This document shows, one piece after another, positions 55,800 to 64,000 of a stretch of DNA of 64,000 nt. Origin of the DNA: Callorhinchus milii (taxonomy: Eukaryota); NCBI RefSeq assembly GCF_018977255.1, contig NW_024704742.1, positions 94,862,001-94,926,000 on the forward strand, written 5' to 3'. Every line of letters begins with the position of its first letter. Position 1 is the stretch's first letter. The notes under the pieces were generated by a model. The model did not search any database and was not told the DNA's origin. It was given only the letters and a program-made list of their open reading frames with translations. Position numbers and translations under genes: made by a program.

Positions 55800-56255
55800 T
55801 CAACAAATTGCATTTATATTGCGCCTTTCAATTCGGGAGGATGTCCCGAGGCGCTGGACAGTCAAGCCTAGTTGGGGTTGGTATCAAGAGGGGTGGGGGC
55901 CAAGGGGGTGGAAGAATGACCCAAAGGCATGGTCAAAGAGGTAGATCTTGAGACTGTCCTTGAAGGAGCAAGGGAAAGGATGAGGTGGAGGGACTCCAGG
56001 ATACAGGTTCAGAGGGTGAGGACAGAAAGCCAGTGAAGCCGGGTGAGGATGAGGGTAATCGGCTCATGGAGCTTGGTGCGGAAGAGGACACGAACTGCAG
56101 AGTTCTAAATAAATCTCCAGCTTGTGAAAGGAAGAGTTGGGAAGTCTGGCGAGCAAGGAAAGCATGGATGAGGGTCTAGGCAGCCTGAGAAAAGAGGTAG
56201 TGATGGAAGTAGGCAATATTGTCGAGTTGGGGGAAGCGGAACAGATCATGGCATG
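55800..56255 (-). mobile_element. Deleted L2 LINE 3' fragment
   Basis: Tail plus discontinuous ORF2 C-terminal pieces. Confidence 0.7.
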
Positions 56256-58349
56256 GATGTGGGGTTCACAGGTTAAGTGCAATAACTATATATTCTGTAG
56301 ATAAAAGTGGCAGCCAATTGGTCACACAAAAACAATGTAGTTTAAAGCCATAGGGGATATCAGCAGCGCAATCCAGAGCACTTGTTGTTTGGAATTCAAC
56401 ATGGCATACCTCTTAGATATTCAGACTCACTTCAAGCCAAATATTTCCATATTATGGTTTCAAAAGAAATCAAAATGGAATTATTAACCATTGTAATGTA
56501 TCCTTATTTATGATACAACGTTGATTTACTGAACGATAAGAATACAAAATGGGAATATTTCAATTCTATCTTTAAAGTCAATTCAACACTGTTTTGTTTT
56601 TACCCTTTGAAGAACAAATGCGTTACCTTCATCAGCTTACTACTGTATTGCTATTTGAAGCTTCAATTCCCCTCCCCAGCCTAATATCTGAATCCTAGAA
56701 CTGTTGTTATTGGAATCCAAGAGCTGTTTTTATTATGCTTCTTTATAACAGCCACCACTCTGCACATAAGCCAGAAGCTGAGCTGAGATCTACGGCTCTG
56801 CTCATACTTCAGTGCTTTTATCCTCCACATCACTGTACAGCCCTACCCCAGAAATCTATGCAATTTTGTAATTATGTCATTAATTGAATGCCGTAGGGTT
56901 CAGCGTCTTCAATATTTCATATTTACAGAGGCTATAAACATCAGTTTCAGCCAGTAAAGATATGTCAACAAGCAGTTGAAGCCACAAATAAAATCCTCTC
57001 TAGTTCTGACCTGCAATTCTCTTAATTATAGTCAGAGATCTGGCTCAGCACAGACACAGTAAGGCTACGCAGGAATCTTGAGCCTTCATTCCATTAACTT
57101 ACTCCTGCATCCCAGAAAAACTGAAAGCGCAGAGTCTAAAACAAACGTAATTAAAAAGGGTTTAATAGCTAACTTCCCAAGTTATAAGAATGTCTGCCTG
57201 GAAACTAAATTGCTCAAAGCCTTAATTATTTTTGTTGGTTACATGCAACCCTGTAAATGTTTATATGGGAATAGTGTTTTCTGATTTTTTTTAACAAAAG
57301 TACATTTTTTTAAGTTTACCTTTGTCTTGACTTTTGAAATCATTGTTGTTACATTTGAGTGTATCTCTCTCCCTGGAGATAAGGCAGGGGTTATGTTATT
57401 AGCTGGAGTTAGATTAAAAGATCAGCCATGATTGAATGGCGGGGCAGGCTCGAAGGGCCGAATGGCCTACTCCTGCTCCTACATGTTATGTTATGTTATG
57501 TAAGCAACCTATTTCTCGCCCTCCACTTTCGACATTTTCAGCTATAAATAGGCACTAATAATATGCAGTTATTGTAACTTGTAATTATTGTCCTAAGAAA
57601 ACAATGGAAAAATCCTAAAATATTTTTCTAATTGTGATTCTAACGCTTAATGTAATGCCATCCAGTTGCATTAAGAACAACTGTTGAAGTTTCAATATAT
57701 TTGATTTGGAAACCTCCAGAAAACATAAATCTAGACATGTTTTTGGTCAGCTGAGTGGCTGAACACGCTACCTTACTTAAGGGTATCTAAACCAGACAGA
57801 GAGTTTCACATATGTGTTTCACCTACACCACTCTCTCCAACAATCAGGGATTGATGGTCACTTTCAACAGTAGTATTCTAAATGGCCAAACTTCTGTCAA
57901 ATTCAATGAATGAACAGGTTGGAGGAAGGACTCCAACACAACATGGAGAAATCTATGGCATACCTAGCAGCATTTTTGGCACACGTCCACAGAAACAACT
58001 CTTCTCCACCCTCTTAAAGTGCTAGGTACCAGCTGAAACTAACCAAGAGGATAAATTACCTCAACTGAGTATTCTACTCAATGCTACCATCTATTTGACT
58101 TGATTTACAAGCTCCTTCACAGTACAGATTTCAGCCTCAGCGAGACATAGATCTTGGAAAGATTACAGCATCTCATTTGTTCCTGATGATGATGATAGAA
58201 TACTTTGAAGGAAACTGCTGGAAATTCAGTCATTGAATGTACATTATTTGCAATTGTTGCCAGTGAGAATGTTGTCGTAAAGCTACCATTATTTGCTTGC
58301 TTTATATGTTTGTGGTCATGATCCAGTAAATGCCCGTGAAAAGGTGCTT

Positions 58350-58690
58350 ATTAGTGGAGAAGGAAAAGGATCTGGGTGTAACTATTGATCATTCTCTGAA
58401 GGTTTCCAGTCAATGCAAAGATGCAATCAACAAATCTAATCAAATAGTAGATTGCCTCCCGAGGTCATTTATCGAAAGACGTGATTCTAATCATGTATAG
58501 ATCGCCAGTAAGGCCATTATTGGAATACTGTGCATCTTTGAGCACCCTAACTTCAAAAAGATATTGAAAGCATGGGAAAGAAGTTCAAAGAAGTACAATT
58601 AAGGATGATTTAGGAATTCAGAGATTATAAACAGAGGCTTACAAAGCTGAACTAATTTTTATTGGAGAAAAAAAGAACTAAGGATAGATG
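58350..58690 (+). mobile_element. Old CR1 ORF2 fragment
   Basis: Manual translation EKEKDLGVTIDHSLKVSSQCKDAINKSN. Confidence 0.7.
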
Positions 58691-60734
58691 AACACGTTCA
58701 ATTGGATAAAATATCACCTGGGTCCAGATCTTCTTTATTAACGTAGCATTTCAGAATGTTCAGAATTTGGCTCCACTGACATAGCAATTGTTGAATTCAG
58801 TTTCAACTCTGAAGCTCCTTTTCTGTAGTTCTTAAAATAACTGGCTTCAAAATTAAAGACAATTTAAGAATTTGACAAACTCTGGACCTATGAAATTTTA
58901 CATCAGTAGAGTAACTCTAGACTCTGGTGGCATACTTGCCTGCTAGTTATCAACTTGGTGACAGGCAGGCGCAATGCAGTTAAAGCAGACTATTTGAGGA
59001 AACTTTTAGTGGACAAAAATGAATATTCTGTTTGATTATCTTGAAGGATCAGGGAATATTTGTGCACAACATTCTCTCAGAAAATCTGTCTGCCTGTTCA
59101 GGTGAATATTAAAGACTCCATAGCACTATTTGAAAGGAGAAGGGAGTTTCTCCCAGTGTCCTGGCCAAGAATCCTCCAGGTAAAAATGATCATTCATTTG
59201 ATGGCTATTTCCCATGACTGCCAAATGGAAAGTAGAAGTGTGCTCAAACAAAAGCTGTCCTATGCGAGAAGTACATTTCTGGCATGATCTTTACAATCAA
59301 GTTGTTTTTAATTTGTACACCACATACATAAAGGAATTGGAAACAGAACCTTTCCCTCTTTAATTGACTGTTGGCAGATTTAAAGAAAGATGGGCTAATA
59401 TTGACTAACATTTTTTTCCCTGCAGTGGACACTATTGCATGAAGATTTATTTACCTCCTCTAATTCTAAACTCAATTGAAATCTTCCTTTTAAAAGTAAT
59501 AAAACAGAGTCATGCTGCAAACAGCAAAGGACATTTTTGCATTAATGGAACTAATTGATTTTCCATAAAATATTACAGTTGTGTCAAACCTTTCTACAGT
59601 AGTCACACTGTTATTGAAATTCTCTTGTATTCATCTTCTTGCCATCAATAACTACTCCATATACAATCGCCTCTACATGTTTTACAGTCAAATTTATCAA
59701 ACTGAGTTCACTTGTATCGGCATGTTAAAATAGAAATGAATGAGATAGCTCTGAATCATTCGGTTAGCCCTCAAACTCCAAATACAGCCGAATTCCACCT
59801 CCCCTAATGCTGCCAGCTACCAATTAGAGACACAATGTACTCAAAGAAGGCAGTGGACATTCAATTGTTAGAGGCGAGTTTAAAGAACTAGAAAAAATGA
59901 AGAATTACATCAGGTCAGATTTAATACAGGGCAAAGTGGGGGCATTTTACACTCTAGGTTGAACAAAAATGTTCGGAAACAAAATTATTCTAACTTCTGG
60001 GGCACAGAATCCTATTGGTTGTTTGTGGGATGTTCCTGTGTGCAAAGTGGCTGTAATGTTTGTCTACAATGCAGTCCACATCAACAATAAAGCGTCTTGA
60101 TCTGTTAAAGGGTCTGTATTAAATGCAAGGCATTTTATCTTCATTGCTATTTTCATATCCACACTTACTCTCTAATTCTAAACTCAATTGAAATCTTCCT
60201 TTTAAAAATAATGAAACAGTCATGCTGCAAACAGCAAAGGATTGTTTCCAGCATGCAGCACTAGTTGGATTTCCTAAATGGATAAATATTCTCTCTGCCT
60301 CACTGAAAAGTCGTAACCTCCTTAGTTACCAATGTACCAGGAGTTGGATTCAATTCTCACAATGATTATTTGTTTATTCCTGCTAACCTGCTAAAAGACT
60401 GGCTAGTGATGCGTAACAATAATACAGTCGTACAGTGGCAATGTATTACAGGACACCTTTCATCATTGAGAAAAGACCTAAGATCTCATTATGTTTACAT
60501 GCTTAAAGTGTTCTATTACAATGTCCATAAAATCCATCTGTTGTTCCTTAACTTATCAATTTAAAAGGAGAAATGAAGTCCAGAGTGTGTTTAGTTCTGT
60601 CTCGAAACAGAAGAGTATACTTTCTTGTAAATAATATTGTTCCTCAAGAGACAAACCCTCACCCTGCCTAGGGACTATTGTTTCTTGGGTGACATTTATT
60701 TGGGGTGGAGTTGTTACTGAGAGCATTCTTGCCA

Positions 60735-61500
60735 CAATAACAACATCAACAAAATTACATTTGAATATCGCCTTTCATGTTGGGAGGATGTCACAAGATG
60801 CTGGAAAGTCAGTGTTTCGGACCCGAGCTGGAGAACGGGATTGGGGAGGGCAGCGGGGGGAAGTAGGGTGATCGAAAGCATGGTCGAAGGGAGGGTCTTG
60901 AGATGGGTCTTGAAGGAGGCAAGGGAAGGGATGAGGCAGAGGGACTGCAGGATGGAGTTCCAGAGGGTGGGGGCAGAGTGGCAGATGGTGGGGTGGACGA
61001 GGCAAAGGACGTGAAGCAGGCCAGAGCCCGCTGAGCGAAGGGAGTGAGCAGGATAGCAAAGGTTAGGAGGTCGCAGAGGTAGGGGGGAGCAAGGCCATGG
61101 AGGGCTTTGAAGGTGAGGACCAGGATTTTGAACTGTATCCTCTGTGTGATGGGAAGCCAGTGGAGTCGGGCAAGGATGGGGGTGATAGGGTCGCGGAGCC
61201 CAGTGTGGGAGAGAACACGGGCTGCAAAGTTCTGGATTTGGGAAGAACAAGTTTGCAAGGCTATGGGGTGCGAGCGGGGAGTGGGTTTGAATTAGATAGC
61301 TCTTTTCAAAAAGCTGGCCCAGACACGATGGGCTGAATGGCCTCCTTCTGTGCTGCATAATTGTATGATTCTATGATCTGTAGCCTATGTAGGGAGGAGT
61401 TGGGGAGGCCAACAAGCAAGGAGTTTGCATAGTCAAGCCTCGATGTTATGAATGCGTGTATGAGGGTTTCGGCAGCCTGCGGTGTGAGACAGTGGCAGAA
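60735..61500 (-). mobile_element. L2 LINE 3' fragment interrupted by a CR1 tail (about 61238-61372)
   Basis: ORFs 61306..61521 and 60809..61258 are consecutive parts of the L2 ORF2 C-terminus. Confidence 0.85.
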
Positions 61501-61763
61501 CAACATCTGTCTGGGTTTCAACAGCCGAGAAGTAGGGATGAAGTTCAGGAAAATTTAGAGCAAGCACTTGTTAACTGTATAAGGACTAAAAGTAGAGATT
61601 TTTTTTGGACCAAAATAAACCTTTGAAGCTCTAACACCTTATGCATGAAACAAAATAAAGCAAGCAAAAGTGAGGATCATCGTGATGAGAAGGGATAGGA
61701 GATGAGAGATTCCTCTTGTAACCTTGTGATACAGTAAGTAAACATACTACATCAACAATCAGA

Positions 61764-62010
61764 GGGGAGAAATTCCATTAGGGTTGAGTCCTTAGATTTT
61801 TTATTATCATTTGCAAATTTTGTATGGTTCTTAAATTCAGTCTTAATTTTGAAGCCATTTTTCTGCAGCTCTTAAAAGAACCTAGAATTGTTTCTAAAAA
61901 TATTGAAGTAAAACTGACCTCAAGTTTAAGGCTGAATTTAAGAATTGTCCAACCTTTTCATGCTTTGAAATGCTAAGAAATAAGTCTACGTCTAGATTCA
62001 GATGGAATTT
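61764..62010. mobile_element. Palindromic MITE-like element
   Basis: Ends aaattccat (61770-61778) and atggaattt (62002-62010). Inner arms 61828-61853 and 61919-61944 are complementary at 22 of 26 positions. Confidence 0.6.
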
Positions 62011-62054
62011 GAGTCAGCTGATTTGAGATAGGACAATAGTTAACAGGATATAAT

Positions 62055-62485
62055 TGTCCTCGGAGCCTGATGCGGGAGAGGACATGGACTGCAGAGTTCT
62101 GGATAATCTGCAGCCTGTGGAGAGAGGAGTTGGGGAGGCTGACAAGCAGGAAATTTGCGTATTCGAGTCTGTATGTGATGAATGTGTGGAGGAGCTCTCA
62201 GCGGCCTGGGGTGAAAGTCAGTGGGGAGCCGGGCAATGTCACGAAGGTGGGGAAAGGCAGAGGTGGTAATGGCACAGATGTCGTGGAGGAAGGACAGTTC
62301 AGGGTCGAACAGGACACTGAGGTTCCTTACTGGCTCCGTGAGGTGTAGAGTGGATCCATGAAGGGTAATGCCGTCAGCGCCCAAGGTATGGAGGCGCTGA
62401 CAGGAGCCAAGCAGGAGAGCCTCGGTCTTGTTGGCATTCAACTGGAGGAAGTTTGCTCTAATCCAGCACTTGATGTCCGACAGGG
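62055..62485 (-). mobile_element. L2 LINE internal ORF2 fragment
   Basis: LSDIKCWIRANFLQLNANKTEALLLG in ORF 62040..62558. Confidence 0.85.
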
Positions 62486-63602
62486 GACAACGACAACAAC
62501 AATTTGCATTTATATAGTACCCTTCACGTGGGTAGCGTCTTGGAGTGTATTGAAACAATTGAGTCCATTGTTAATAATGTATTTTTAATAATGTTTATTG
62601 TCAGGCAATGAAAAGCCAATATATCCTGTCTCATTCTACCTCTAATAGAATACTGATCCTTACCTTTTTGGGGGTTTTGCTATTATAATTGATAACAGGC
62701 GGTGTATCTAGCTGATTGAATTTTGTTTGAGAGAAATTACATAAACTTCTTAATAGTTGTAACAAAGGTCTCAAACACCAGCTCATGACCTATGTGTTGA
62801 AAAGGATGAATACGTCTCCCAATATTCCAGTAGAAATAGTGAAACTTTTCAGTTTTCAAGTTCCATGAAAGGTGAATAACAGCTGTGTTTCTAATGTACA
62901 ATACTAGTGCTAAGACTTTCCATCATCATAGCAATCCAGTAGGGTCACTGCTGCGTGGCCCCTGGAAAACATGCTGGGAATCTAAACCACTTTTTCTTCA
63001 GGAAATCACCTTTCTGTAGGAAAGCTTATGACTGCATGGCATACAGGGAATCCCTAGAAAAAATGCTTTCCATTTTGTGAGAGCTTTTACCAGTGGCCAT
63101 GCTGAGTGCTGCCGTTAGAGGGTTTTGTAGACATTTATGTCACATTTGGTTACGTGAATGTGATAAAAGTGGCATTGATACAATAGGCCATTGAACGCAT
63201 TGTGTTCATAGTTGTGTTAGCTCATCCACTTCTCATCCCAATTCCATGCTCATCCCAATTCCATGCTCTTCCCCCATATTCCTTTTGATTCTTTTATATC
63301 TTTCCTCTTCAAATGTTTATCAAATTCTCTTTTAAACATTGTTATGATACCAGCCTCAGTAGCTATTTGGAGCAAAACATTGCACATTGTCATAAATTTA
63401 CTAAAAAAAACATTCTTTTAACCTCTGCTGAGCATATGTCCATTTATTACCAAATAGCAAGACAAATCTTTCACTACTTGTCCTCTCAAAACCATTAGAA
63501 TTGGCATTCCTCTTAATGCCTAGCCCTGTTGTATAGGTTAAGACATTTTAGAGTGGTGCATTTCATAACAGCCTGATAACTTGCCAAGATCACATTAGAA
63601 TT

Positions 63603-63985
63603 GTGGAGTCCTGTAGCTCAATGGTTAGAGCACTCCCCTCGCAAGCGAGAGACCTGAGTTCAATTCCCAACAGGGCGAAATGTTGGGCAAGTTTCCTCAT
63701 TCCACTCCACACACCTCTGTTTACCTAGCAGTAAATAGGAACCTGGTTGTTTGTCGATTGGTGGATTGCTTTTCTGGGGATAATAATCCCTCAAGAAAAA
63801 CAACAATAAATAATCTGGTCACTCAATCTACGACTGTTTGTGAGACACTGCTCTGCGCAATTGGCTGCCGTGTTTTGCCCACAAGTATAGTCAATTCACT
63901 TTACAGAATATTCTGCGAAGCGCTTTAAGTCGTCTGGAAGACGTGAAAAACGCTATATCAAATGCAAGGATCATTATTATTATTT
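63603..63985 (+). mobile_element. tRNA-derived SINE, long form
   Basis: Head, extra ctctgtttacctagcagtaaataggaacc segment, shared body, (TTA)n tail. Confidence 0.88.
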
Positions 63986-64000
63986 AATTCCCCTCCGATT

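Noticed and set aside
41138..64000. Juxtamembrane NPQY exon or a truncated-isoform terminal exon
   Set aside because: Not found by eye or in the ORF track. It is probably outside the window, but a short exon could have been missed.

Overview
Vertebrate genomic DNA. The repeat complement (L2 and CR1 LINE fragments, Deu-domain SINEs, tRNA-headed SINEs with L2-type tails) suggests a cartilaginous fish, possibly a chimaera; this is inference only. The one host gene I can support is the 3' part of a Trk neurotrophin receptor on the minus strand, best matching NTRK2/TrkB. Five GT-AG exons (41007-41137, 37698-37870, 28748-28988, 9424-9582, 8294-8479) splice in frame to give the whole tyrosine kinase domain and the C-terminal PVYLDILG tail, followed by a probable ~3.7 kb repeat-poor 3'UTR. 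I found no upstream exon in 41138-64000. Nearly all other ORFs in the track are decayed LINE ORF2 pieces or noise. I found no evidence of a novel multi-gene system. The best leads are a Cys>Gly change at a conserved kinase position, miR-200/204/92-family seed sites in the 3'UTR, two SINE families sharing one 3' module, a palindromic MITE-like family, an inverted duplication at an L2 junction, and a minisatellite that includes a splice acceptor. Repeat boundaries are approximate, and comparisons with human sequence are from memory.
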